Positions 1-7,712 of a stretch of 64,000 bases of DNA are shown here, piece after piece (positions within the stretch are counted from its first letter, which is position 1; each line of letters begins with the position of its first letter). Made by a program: the position numbers and the translations under genes. Below the pieces are notes generated by a model, which was given only the letters and a program-made list of their open reading frames with translations, did not search any database and was not told the DNA's origin. Source of the stretch: a virus (lineage: Duplodnaviria; Caudoviricetes); IMG/VR virus record IMGVR_UViG_3300036790_000048, positions 64,001 to 128,000 of that record. One strand, written 5' to 3'.

Positions 1-193
1 GCATGGCCGGGGCCGATGTAGTCGCCCTCGGCGCTGCTGGCGCTGCCGGGTGGCTGCCCGCGTTGGCGATCGAGATGCCCGCCACCAGGACGACCACGCC
101 GACCGCCCCGCCCGCTACCCACCGCTTCCAGTGCCGCCGTGGCGGCGGCTCCGGGCTCGGCTGGATCGGGAACTGCTCTGTTCGCTGCGTCAT
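1..193 (-). CDS. Membrane-anchored protein, N-terminal part only (runs off the left edge)
   Basis: ATG at 193 overlaps the upstream TGA. Translation MTQRTEQFPIQPSPEPPPRHWKRWVAGGAVGVVVLVAGISIANAG gives one TM helix followed by a Pro/Ala linker. Not in the ORF track because it is truncated. Confidence 0.55.
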   Translation of the reverse strand, partial: MTQRTEQFPIQPSPEPPPRRHWKRWVAGGAVGVVVLVAGISIANAGSHPAAPAAPRATTSAPAM

Positions 194-557
194 GCCATTT
201 CCCCCATCATCTCAGCGAGGCATTCCTTGCACTCGCACGCTATTAGAAAGCACTCCTGCTCCGGGTCCACGTGGTGCCAGTTGTCGTCGTTCAGGCAGTA
301 ATACATGGGCTGGCAGCAGTCGTTGCACCCGATCAGCCCGTCACTGCAGATGAACTGGGGCAGCGTCTCGCAGTATTCTTCCGCTGACTCGCCCCCAGGC
401 GCATCCGGCAGCGACCGTAGACATCCCGGTCCGTCTCCTCCGCCTGCTCGCGCCCGAACGGGTACATCATGGTCTCCGGGTCCAGCCCCATGGCCGCGAA
501 CCCGGCCGCGGCCTCCCGCTCCAGCTGCTCCCTGACCTCCTCGATGCTCCGGGCCAT
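190..557 (-). pseudogene. Apparently frameshifted small gene (acidic N-terminus, Cys-rich C-terminus)
   Basis: Frame 333..557 looks coding to about 420. A different frame from about 414 to TGA at 190 reads SLPDAPGGESAEEYCETLPQFICSDGLIGCNDCCQPMYYC... and has no ATG/GTG/TTG start of its own. Confidence 0.35.
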
Positions 558-832
558 AACCGCGTCACCTCCGCCAGCACCCGCAGGGCGTCCTCGGCCA
601 GTTCCGCCACGTAGCCCTCCGACACGCCGTTGCCGAACGTCTCGGGCTGGATCTTAGAGTCGGCGGGCGGAATGACCGTGTAGCTGCCAGAAGTCTCGCG
701 CGACTCGCTCCGGGCGATGTTCCGCGCGGTCTGGTACTCAGCCGACTGGGCGACGACGAACGGGCCGGACTTCCGGTAGACCACAGCCGACGTGTGCGCC
801 TCGCTCATGATGTAGAAGAAGCGGTCGGTCAT
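467..832 (-). CDS. Hypothetical accessory protein
   Basis: ATG at 832 follows a GGGGGAGGG SD, directly downstream of repeat element 1. Confidence 0.6.
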   Translation of the reverse strand: MTDRFFYIMSEAHTSAVVYRKSGPFVVAQSAEYQTARNIARSESRETSGSYTVIPPADSKIQPETFGNGVSEGYVAELAEDALRVLAEVTRLWPGASRRSGSSWSGRPRPGSRPWGWTRRP

Positions 833-855
833 TTTCCCTCCCCCGGCCCCGGACC

Positions 856-914
856 CCCCGCGGCCTTGCACTAGGTATAACGGTTGACGGCCGTCAGGTA
901 TTCCAGCTGGCTAG
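856..914 (-). promoter_or_regulatory. Repeat element copy 1: SigR/SigH-like promoter with spacer palindrome
   Basis: Minus strand TAG-CCAGCT-GGAAT-acctgacggccgtcaacc(18)-GTT-atacctagtgcaagg. Confidence 0.8.
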
Positions 915-1387
915 CGGCCGTCCCCGTAGTACGTGGTGCCGTTGAAGTCGATCTCCTCGTAACCCTCCATGAGGTCAGCCGAGTACCCCGCCAGGTTGAA
1001 GTAGACCGACTCCACCGCCTCGCGCCCGTAGATGTCAACAGCCTTCTCCTCGGCGTACTTGTCCCAGTACGTCTCGCAGACGAAGCTGACCGGCGGCTCC
1101 CACACGTGCACCGCGTCGCGTGCGTCCTGCCGGAACTGCAGCAGCCACTGCAGTTCGTCGGCCTCATCGTCATCGATCACGTCGGCACTCTGGATGGCGT
1201 CAATCCGCTTGTCCACCGATTCCGCGTAGACGATCGAGTCGCCGTTCTCGTATCCCATGTCCACTGCCGCCCTGCCCCTTCCGCATAGCTCTGCGTACTC
1301 GTCCGACACGCTGCCCGTCGTCCACCCAGCCGCGATAATGTCCCACAAGAACCTCTTGCGGCGCTCGCGGTCGGCCTCGGTCCTCAT
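911..1387 (-). CDS. Acidic protein resembling ArdA-like antirestriction proteins
   Basis: D/E-rich. C-terminus ETYWDKYAEE...YSADLMEGYEEIDFNGTTYY resembles ArdA-like phage proteins. ATGA overlap at 1384-1387. Confidence 0.45.
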   Translation of the reverse strand: MRTEADRERRKRFLWDIIAAGWTTGSVSDEYAELCGRGRAAVDMGYENGDSIVYAESVDKRIDAIQSADVIDDDEADELQWLLQFRQDARDAVHVWEPPVSFVCETYWDKYAEEKAVDIYGREAVESVYFNLAGYSADLMEGYEEIDFNGTTYYGDGR

Positions 1388-1815
1388 GCCCGCCCGCACG
1401 GCAGTTCCGGGTGGGCGATCGACAGCCGGGTCACGTCCAGCAAGGTCGCGAACATGCCGACCCGCTGCCGCTCGTAGCCCACGCAGGCGTAAATGACACC
1501 GCCGTCGCGCTCGAAGTGGGCGATGTGCCCAGTCACGACCGTCCGGCCGTCGTTGGACACGCCGGTCACCTTGTCGCCCCGGGCGAACTCAAGATCGCCC
1601 ACGGCCACCGGCCCGTCAACCCGGTTGCTCCTGCTGCTCTCGCGCTGCGCGCCCACAGGCTCGTCCCACACCCGCGCCTTGCAATTCTCGCACCACAACT
1701 GCAGCCGCGGCGTACCGTACACCCGGCCAGCCGGGACGGCGTACTCCGTGCCCGGCCGCAGCGAGTGCCCGACGTGCTTGACCAGGACCCCGGTCAGCGT
1801 CACCCTGTTGGTCAT
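1384..1815 (-). CDS. Hypothetical protein (CxxC, SH3-like C-terminus)
   Basis: ATGA coupling at both ends. Contains WCENC and FARGDKVTG. Confidence 0.6.
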   Translation of the reverse strand: MTNRVTLTGVLVKHVGHSLRPGTEYAVPAGRVYGTPRLQLWCENCKARVWDEPVGAQRESSRSNRVDGPVAVGDLEFARGDKVTGVSNDGRTVVTGHIAHFERDGGVIYACVGYERQRVGMFATLLDVTRLSIAHPELPCGRA

Positions 1816-2294
1816 TCCGGCTCCTCCCCCGAGATGCTGACGTACGCGCCCGCGTGGACCACCTCGGCATGCGTGCGCCCGTCCTGCCACCCCTCAGCCA
1901 GATCCACCGACACAGCCGGGATGATGCCGTACTCGGTCAGCGACCCCAGCGTCTGCTCACACTCGGCCGGTGCGCCGTGCTCGTCTAGCTCGATGAGGTA
2001 CGCGTCCGCGAACAGCCGCCACTCGGCCTCGGTCAGCTCCGCCACCCACTTTGCGTGCGCGGTGACGGTGCCCTCGGGCACCTCGTACTCGAACTGGTCG
2101 TTGCCCTCGGTGCGCTTGAACTTGGCCCCGACCGCCTGCCGCGGCTCCCTGCCCTCGCGCCCGTACGGACCCTCGCCGTCGCCGTAGCCAGCGGGCAGAT
2201 GGTGCTCCGGGCTCATCTGCTCGATCAGCTGCTCCGAGTGCTCGCCCTCGACGTCCGCATCGTAGATGACGTAGACACTCTCGATGATGCTCAA
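1812..2294 (-). CDS. Acidic hypothetical protein
   Basis: TTG start overlaps the upstream TGA. Very E/D-rich with good codon bias. Confidence 0.65.
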   Translation of the reverse strand: MSIIESVYVIYDADVEGEHSEQLIEQMSPEHHLPAGYGDGEGPYGREGREPRQAVGAKFKRTEGNDQFEYEVPEGTVTAHAKWVAELTEAEWRLFADAYLIELDEHGAPAECEQTLGSLTEYGIIPAVSVDLAEGWQDGRTHAEVVHAGAYVSISGEEPE

Positions 2295-2521
2295 GACGTT
2301 CCCCCCATGCCGTGGCCAGCCGGATCGTGCTCGCCAGCGCCCTCAGGCTCCGGCCACGTGACCAGGCCGGCCTCGACCAGCGCCGTCGCAGTGCGCCCGT
2401 AGCTGCCCTGCAGCTGCCACGCCACGCCGCTGTCCACCAGGTGCTGGAATAGCTCGATGATGCCCGCGTCATCCAGTTCGCCGCTCTCGAACGCCATGAT
2501 GGCGTCGATGAAGTCGGTCAT
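2291..2521 (-). CDS. Small conserved phage protein
   Basis: MTDFIDAIMAFESGELDDAGIIELFQHLVDSGVAWQLQGSYGRTA, a pattern I recognise from phage accessory regions. TGATG coupling. Confidence 0.7.
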   Translation of the reverse strand: MTDFIDAIMAFESGELDDAGIIELFQHLVDSGVAWQLQGSYGRTATALVEAGLVTWPEPEGAGEHDPAGHGMGGTS

Positions 2522-2748
2522 CAGAGCACCTCCCTGGCGAAGATCATGCCCGACGCCAGGCGCGGGATGACGTAGCTGTCCATCGTCCACCCGGCGTAGT
2601 CCTTCCCGCTGATGACCACCTCGGTGTCCGAGACGCCGCTGACCTGGTAGCCGCTGGGCATGTACCGTTCCACCGTCTCCGCGGACGGGTAGCCCGCGTC
2701 GCTCCGCTGGATGACCGCGGTCCGCACCGGCCTGTCGTCGCGCTCCAT
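2521..2748 (-). CDS. Small conserved actinophage protein
   Basis: GKDYAGWTMDSYVIPRLASG motif. First gene after element 2. Confidence 0.7.
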   Translation of the reverse strand: MERDDRPVRTAVIQRSDAGYPSAETVERYMPSGYQVSGVSDTEVVISGKDYAGWTMDSYVIPRLASGMIFAREVL

Positions 2749-2774
2749 GTTCCCCCACCTCTCTGTTGCGCCCT

Positions 2775-2819
2775 ACGCTATCTATAACTCCTGACGACTG
2801 TCAAGCATTCCCCAGGCTA
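2775..2819 (-). promoter_or_regulatory. Repeat element copy 2
   Basis: Minus strand TAG-cctgg-GGAAT-gcttgacagtcgtcagga(18)-GTT-atagatagcgt. Confidence 0.7.
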
Positions 2820-3002
2820 CCGCTTCCGCCGGAACGCCACCGTCAGGAACACCGTCGCCACCACGATCGTGGCCCCCCACATGATGGGCACCCCCATCGC
2901 CCACAGTCCCCACACCACCGGTGCCAGCACCATGCACAGCACCCACGACATGATCCACAGGGCGACGTAGTAGCCGCACCCCATCCTCCGCCTGCGCGTC
3001 AT
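2817..3002 (-). CDS. Small 2-TM membrane protein
   Basis: Two hydrophobic stretches with basic ends. The stop abuts element 2. Confidence 0.6.
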   Translation of the reverse strand: MTRRRRMGCGYYVALWIMSWVLCMVLAPVVWGLWAMGVPIMWGATIVVATVFLTVAFRRKR

Positions 3003-3208
3003 AACAACTCCCTCAGGTCCACTAGCGCGATGTGACCGGCGCGAATGTCGCGAGCCAGGTTCTCGGCCGCCCTGGCGTCCTGCCGCAGACCCTTGCGCGT
3101 CTCGGCCATGTCCGGCCCCGCGTACGTGCGCCGCCGCGACTCGCGCGTCTTCAGGTCCGCGTAGTTCATCAGCGCGACGAACACGCGCCGTGTGTCCTTC
3201 TCCGACAT
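2999..3208 (-). CDS. Hypothetical protein
   Basis: MSEKDTRR start, coupled to both neighbours. Confidence 0.55.
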   Translation of the reverse strand: MSEKDTRRVFVALMNYADLKTRESRRRTYAGPDMAETRKGLRQDARAAENLARDIRAGHIALVDLRELL

Positions 3209-3645
3209 CAGAACGGCCTCCCGTCGTCGCTCAGCGTGCCCGCGGTGCTCCACCGCGCGCTGAAGGCATCATCCCACTCCGGTTCGTTCTCGGCCGAGTG
3301 GGGGTCGTAGTCGTCGTAGGACGGCTGCGGGTAGCACGAGTCGGTCCCCAGGAACCCGCCGCACCCGCAGCACCGGTCGCTGCACCCGTCCTCGGGGGTG
3401 CAGTCGCCGTGCGCGCTGCTGGACAGGATCGCCTTGGGGAAGTCACCGCTGTCGAACGACTTCTCGTCCATCCGGTCGAGTCCGGGGATGGCCGCGGCGA
3501 TCATGTCGAGCGCGTCCTCGGCGTCCATGTCCCGTGCCGCCGGGCTCGCCTTGCCCCGTGCGATCATCGAGTCGATCAGGCACGCCGGGCAGTAAATGTC
3601 GGCGCAGAAGCTGTATCCCGCAACGTACGGGCTGTGACTGAACAT
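3208..3645 (-). CDS. Cys-rich acidic hypothetical protein
   Basis: YCPAC and CSDRCCGCG, with an FDSGDFPK motif between them. Confidence 0.65.
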   Translation of the reverse strand: MFSHSPYVAGYSFCADIYCPACLIDSMIARGKASPAARDMDAEDALDMIAAAIPGLDRMDEKSFDSGDFPKAILSSSAHGDCTPEDGCSDRCCGCGGFLGTDSCYPQPSYDDYDPHSAENEPEWDDAFSARWSTAGTLSDDGRPF

Positions 3646-3836
3646 CTTTGGCCCCCTAACTTGGCGATGACGATGCGGCGGGTGGTCGAGGTGAACCCGA
3701 ACGGCACCAGCTGGCGCAGCGCCTCTTCATCCGCCGCCTGCTGCAGGCTGGCGAGGAAGCCCTCGAACCGGCCCGGCAGTCGCGCGAACGCGGCCTGGAG
3801 ATTGACATCCTGGGCGGTGGCGGTGAAGCCGATCAT
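3576..3836 (-). CDS. Hypothetical protein
   Basis: First ORF after element 3, with a GGGGGA SD. Confidence 0.5.
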   Translation of the reverse strand: MIGFTATAQDVNLQAAFARLPGRFEGFLASLQQAADEEALRQLVPFGFTSTTRRIVIAKLGGQRCSVTARTLRDTASAPTFTARRA

Positions 3837-3874
3837 CTCTGTTTCCCCCGTCTGCTGGGGTCCCCGCGACCCCC

Positions 3875-3919
3875 TTGCACTATGTATAACCCTTGACGAC
3901 CGTCAGGTATTCCAGCTGG
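3875..3919 (-). promoter_or_regulatory. Repeat element copy 3
   Basis: Minus strand CCAGCT-GGAAT-acctgacggtcgtcaagg(18)-GTT-atacatagtgcaagg. Confidence 0.8.
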
Positions 3920-4214
3920 GTAGATGACAGTCGCACTCTTTGACCTCGCAGGGGATCAGGAGCACGTGGTTGGCCCGCCCGGCCCCGCACCGGCAGTCGA
4001 ACGGCACCTCCGACCGCGCGTCGCAGTTGGGGCAGTGGTACCCGCCGCAGAACGACCCCTGGTGGCTCTCCCGGCAGTGCCCCTTCCCGCACGTCGCGCA
4101 CGGCCCGGTCGGCGGCACCGCGTGCCGGACCCCGTTGACCGTCGTGAACGTCGTCCACCCGTCCCTCATCCGCTGCGCGTCCCCTTCCACGTCGGACATG
4201 TCGAGATCCCGCAT
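3903..4214 (-). CDS. Cys/His-rich zinc-binding protein
   Basis: Several CxxC and CxC pairs, strong GGGGAGG SD. The stop lies inside element 3. Confidence 0.65.
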   Translation of the reverse strand: MRDLDMSDVEGDAQRMRDGWTTFTTVNGVRHAVPPTGPCATCGKGHCRESHQGSFCGGYHCPNCDARSEVPFDCRCGAGRANHVLLIPCEVKECDCHLPSWNT

Positions 4215-4253
4215 GACTACCTCCCCGGGGAGGGCTGTACGCCCTCCCCTCAG

Positions 4254-4329
4254 TGGCGAACGCCGGTGTCGAACCGGATGGCGCGTACCCTAGCGCCGGC
4301 CATTGACCAGGAGACCGCTCCCGATCGCC
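4254..4329 (-). ncRNA. tRNA-like RNA (8/4 fold, non-canonical anticodon arm)
   Basis: T-arm CCGG-TTCGACA-CCGG, acceptor GGCGATCG/CGTTCGCC followed by A, D-like hairpin GGAG-CGGT-CTCC, and a variable-arm hairpin. Lies in the intergenic gap after element 4. Confidence 0.5.
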
Positions 4330-4424
4330 GCCATCTTCCGGCGGGCGTCCCACTTTGCGCTGGTTATGACTTATGTGGCGCTGTGGTTGCGATTCCGCCG
4401 GTTTCTCCGCTGTTCTGTTGCCCC

Positions 4425-4469
4425 CTGCGTCTAGTGTAACGCCTGACGACCGTCAGGTATTCCAGCTGG
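4425..4469 (-). promoter_or_regulatory. Repeat element copy 4
   Basis: Minus strand CCAGCT-GGAAT-acctgacggtcgtcaggc(18)-GTT-acactagacg. Confidence 0.8.
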
Positions 4470-4665
4470 CGTGCGACTGCGTGAACCCGTGCGCCTGGGC
4501 GTGATGGCCGCAGAACGTCAGGTCGCCGGCCGTCACCGTCACGCGGAACGCCGCCGGTGCCTGGCACGCGTCGCACACCTCCGGGTTGTCCGGCGGTAGC
4601 TCGGTGACGAGCGCGCCCTTGCGCACAGGCACCTCAGCGACCTCTTCCGTCAGGTAAGCAGTCAT
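4453..4665 (-). CDS. Small zinc-binding protein
   Basis: CDACQAPA...LTFCGHH, an actinobacterial small-protein pattern. The stop lies inside element 4. Confidence 0.65.
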   Translation of the reverse strand: MTAYLTEEVAEVPVRKGALVTELPPDNPEVCDACQAPAAFRVTVTAGDLTFCGHHAQAHGFTQSHASWNT

Positions 4666-4829
4666 ACCGTTCCCCCTTGGCATAGAACCTCATTCAGTAG
4701 GTCCGCGGCGGTGTCCGCCTCGGACTCGGTGAAGAACGCGAGATCGCCCCGGTACTCCTTCCGCTCGGAGTCCCAGACGCCGTACTTGCGTCCGTCCGCG
4801 GTCATCAGCGCCGTGAACCTGGCGGTCAT
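4662..4829 (-). CDS. 55-aa hypothetical protein
   Basis: MTARFTALMTADGRKYGVWDSERKEY..., with ATGA overlaps at both ends. Below the ORF-track length cutoff. Confidence 0.55.
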   Translation of the reverse strand: MTARFTALMTADGRKYGVWDSERKEYRGDLAFFTESEADTAADLLNEVLCQGGTV

Positions 4830-4954
4830 AGCGCCGCCGCAGCGAGCTGCCCCAGCTCGGCCGGGAGACCCGAGGTGTCGCCCTCGATGGCGTAGAGAAC
4901 GCGGTCAACGACGTTGCAGACGCTCTCGTGAACCCGGTGCAGGACGCTCAGCAT
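4826..4954 (-). CDS. 42-aa hypothetical protein
   Basis: GGGGGAG SD after element 5. ATGA overlap downstream. Confidence 0.5.
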   Translation of the reverse strand: MLSVLHRVHESVCNVVDRVLYAIEGDTSGLPAELGQLAAAAL

Positions 4955-4984
4955 GTCTCCCCCGATCCGGCCGCCCCCGCGGCC

Positions 4985-5032
4985 TTGCACTACGTATAAC
5001 CCTTGACGACCGTCAGGTATTCCAGCTGGCTA
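4985..5032 (-). promoter_or_regulatory. Repeat element copy 5
   Basis: Minus strand TAG-CCAGCT-GGAAT-acctgacggtcgtcaagg(18)-GTT-atacgtagtgcaagg. Confidence 0.8.
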
Positions 5033-6604
5033 GCTGCCCTGGAACTGGATGCCCGACAGCGCGCCGACCTGGTTGCCCGCCTGCGACACGATGCGCCCGA
5101 TCTGCTGCCGCCCCAGCGCGTTGCCGACCTCATCGACGCTGCTGAACACCACCGTGCCGCTGTAGCTCACGCCCAGGCCAGTCTTGTAGACCGTGCCGGT
5201 GAAGTCCATGACCGCCAGCTGGACCGCGTACAGCACGAACACCAGCGCCCGCGAGTGGCCGTACCCGTCCCGTGACTGCATGCGGAACGCCATGGGCACC
5301 GCCTTGCGGTTGTGCTGGTACTGCGTCCACAGTGGCATCGCGTAGTAGTCCAGCGGGCTCGCGCCGAAGCTGGAGATCGACAGCCCAGTCATGGACGCCA
5401 GCGTCGTGAACGGCAGGAACCCCTCGGTCACCTGCAGCGCCGCCTTGTTCAGGTTGACCCACATGCCGTAGTGATAGTCATCTGACATCAGGTCCGTGAC
5501 CGTCATGTCCGGCGTGATGGTGATCTGCTGCGCGGCATATAGCTGCCCGCTCTCGACTCCGGTCGCGCCGTTCAGCATGGCCGCCCGGTCGAGGCTGAAC
5601 CCTTCCATCAGCGGGCCGAAGTTGCCCAGCGACGGGTATTCAGCCAGGGGCGGGTACAAGCTGAACTCGCTGCCGGTGCCGAACTCGAACTGCGTCGGCA
5701 GGCGCACCAGCGGCGGCGGCACCGACCCCTCAACGCCAGCGCCCGCGTCCGTGCTGCCGAGGTCGTGGTACACCTGCGTAATTACGCCAGTGGCGTCCGT
5801 GCCGTGCCCGGTGTCGGTCGAGAACATGAACAAGGCCGCGCCCGTCCCAGTCGCGCCCCTGATCAGCTCCAGGCCCGTCCCAGCGTCCGATGACGGCACC
5901 CGCGCTTTAACCGTCACGCCGCTCGTATCTCCGCCGGTACCGGTGTCAGCACTGCTGATGGGAACGTCGGCGTTCTGGATCTCCATGGCCGACAGTGCCC
6001 AGTTGGCCGCGCCGCTGACCGTCCACCCCAGGTTCTCAGCCGAGGCAGTGCCCGTCAGCGACCGCCCGGCCAGGTGACAGGTGGGGATCTCGGAGATGTT
6101 GTACGTATGGCTGGGGAACGTGGTGCTCAGCGGCGTCACCGTCGCCTGCTGGGCGTCCATCAGAGCCGCGATGTAGACCGTGGACAGCTTGGACCCCGGC
6201 GTGATCGGCTCCTGCGGGACGCGCGAGTAGCCGTTGTTGTTCACCTTCTGCCCGGACTGTGTGCTCGTGCAGCCGTTCAGCACCCGCGGCGTCAGGTGGA
6301 TGACGCACTCCTGCCCCGATGAGTCCGTCGCGGTCATGGTGATACTGCCAGGGGCCGACGTCAGGTACGTGTAGTAGATGGCCGACAGCAGCCGCCCGTT
6401 GGCACGCGACGGGCCGAGCGTCCAGGTGTGGCTGCCGCTATCAGACACAGACAATGACGGTGCGCCCGCGCTCTGCGTGTACGCCGTGACCAGCGCCAGC
6501 ATCAGCGACTTGCCAGGCGGGCTGAACTTCAGCGTCACGCATGACGGGCTGACGCCGACGCCGTGCACCTCGCCCGGCTGTGATATGTCCTCAGTGATCG
6601 GCAC
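5030..6604 (-). CDS. Minor tail protein with a C-terminal tail-tube-like domain
   Basis: The last ~190 aa align by eye with 35579..36208. The N-terminal part is beta-rich, with S-x-D-x-G-x-G repeats. Confidence 0.8.
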   Translation of the reverse strand: MPITEDISQPGEVHGVGVSPSCVTLKFSPPGKSLMLALVTAYTQSAGAPSLSVSDSGSHTWTLGPSRANGRLLSAIYYTYLTSAPGSITMTATDSSGQECVIHLTPRVLNGCTSTQSGQKVNNNGYSRVPQEPITPGSKLSTVYIAALMDAQQATVTPLSTTFPSHTYNISEIPTCHLAGRSLTGTASAENLGWTVSGAANWALSAMEIQNADVPISSADTGTGGDTSGVTVKARVPSSDAGTGLELIRGATGTGAALFMFSTDTGHGTDATGVITQVYHDLGSTDAGAGVEGSVPPPLVRLPTQFEFGTGSEFSLYPPLAEYPSLGNFGPLMEGFSLDRAAMLNGATGVESGQLYAAQQITITPDMTVTDLMSDDYHYGMWVNLNKAALQVTEGFLPFTTLASMTGLSISSFGASPLDYYAMPLWTQYQHNRKAVPMAFRMQSRDGYGHSRALVFVLYAVQLAVMDFTGTVYKTGLGVSYSGTVVFSSVDEVGNALGRQQIGRIVSQAGNQVGALSGIQFQGS

Positions 6605-6636
6605 AGCGCGGCCTCCCTGGGCTCAGCCGCGTGCCC

Positions 6637-7443
6637 CTAGCTGATGGTGAACGTGGTGGAGAAGACCCAGCTGGACCCGGACGCCTTGGTGCCGAGCGCG
6701 ACGCCGGTCTTGTGGTTGACCATCGCGTTGCTAGACGCGGTGGCGAACGGCGATCCCGACGTAGCGGTGAGGTTGTCGCCCGCGGTGACCAGGCCGCGGC
6801 CGGTCGCCCAGCACCACTCGTTCCACGCGAAGTTGGCGTTGGCCGACGCGTAGGTGGACGTGCCCACCAGGACGCCGTTGGTGGTCGTGGTGGCCAGCAC
6901 GGTGGAGTCGAAGATCTGGTAGTACGCGCCGACCGCCGTGCCGTTGCCCAGCAACGCCGTGTCCGAGGTGGCCGGTGTCGAGGTGCCGGTGCCGACACCG
7001 CACACCGGCGTCGCCGTGGTGACACCGAGCGGGTTGATTGCCGTGCCAGTGAGACCCATCCACAGTGACACCAGGTTCGTGAGGCCCTGCGCCACGAAGA
7101 TGTTGCCCGCGTTGGTGACCTCGCCGTCCTCCGGGCCGCGCGGGAAGTACCGGTCGAACTCGGCCCCGGTCAGCTTCAGCACCGGCTTGCGGCTGCCCTT
7201 CAGCAGCGACCGCACGTCCCGGCCGCGCCGGTTCGACACATCAGCCTCGAACCTCCGCATGGCGTACGCGGTCTGGTCGGGCGAGTACTTGGCGACGTGG
7301 GCGATCGAGAAGCCGGTAGCCCCCTGCACGTCAGCCCCGATGTCCATCCGGCCGCGCCTCACGCCAGCCTTGTACGCCTGCTGGATCTGAGCGATGTCAT
7401 CCTTGGTCAGTGGCATGGTCTCTCCCGCGGTCTCCGAAGTCAC
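6637..7443 (-). CDS. Putative tail/baseplate structural protein
   Basis: T/G/A-rich. GVGTGTSTPATSDTAL, ANANFAWNEW and LGTKASGSSW are typical of phage tail-associated proteins. The start may instead be ATG 7416. Confidence 0.65.
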   Translation of the reverse strand: MTSETAGETMPLTKDDIAQIQQAYKAGVRRGRMDIGADVQGATGFSIAHVAKYSPDQTAYAMRRFEADVSNRRGRDVRSLLKGSRKPVLKLTGAEFDRYFPRGPEDGEVTNAGNIFVAQGLTNLVSLWMGLTGTAINPLGVTTATPVCGVGTGTSTPATSDTALLGNGTAVGAYYQIFDSTVLATTTTNGVLVGTSTYASANANFAWNEWCWATGRGLVTAGDNLTATSGSPFATASSNAMVNHKTGVALGTKASGSSWVFSTTFTIS

Positions 7444-7493
7444 CCGTCCCTATCGGAAGTACGGCAGCACTTCCTTAAGCTAGCCTGTAGCCC

Positions 7494-7712
7494 ATGAGCA
7501 TGAACACCTACACCACCGAAGCCGCCCGCGCCCACCTCGGAACGATCATCAGCGACGCCGCCGCAGAGTCGCCCTCGCTGATCACCTACCACGGCATGCC
7601 CGCGGCCGTCGTCGTCAGCTGGGAGTGGTACCAGTACGTCCGGCCGACCCTGCTCAAGGCCGTCATCCAGTCGTCGGACGGAGCCAAGGGCAGGGACTCG
7701 CACACCGGCTAG
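7494..7712 (+). CDS. Phd/YefM-family antitoxin-like protein (orphan)
   Basis: TYTTEAARAHLGTIISDAA...LITYHGMPAAVVVSWEWY matches the Phd/YefM pattern. A TAGCCT -10 sits 7 nt before the ATG. Confidence 0.75.
   Translation: MSMNTYTTEAARAHLGTIISDAAAESPSLITYHGMPAAVVVSWEWYQYVRPTLLKAVIQSSDGAKGRDSHTG

Noticed and set aside
2775-2804. Element as a housekeeping (HrdB/SigA) promoter, TTGACA-N18-TAGCGT
   Set aside because: This fits copy 2 only. The other copies lack a TANNNT at that spacing, whereas GGAAT-N18-GTT fits seven of eight. A dual promoter at copy 2 remains possible.
4254-4400. tmRNA or a standard decoding tRNA
   Set aside because: Too short for tmRNA and no G3-U70 pair. The anticodon arm is non-canonical, so it is reported only as tRNA-like.
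856-5032. Repeats as a CRISPR array
   Set aside because: Spacing is 0.5-1.9 kb and irregular, the intervals contain genes, and there are no cas genes.
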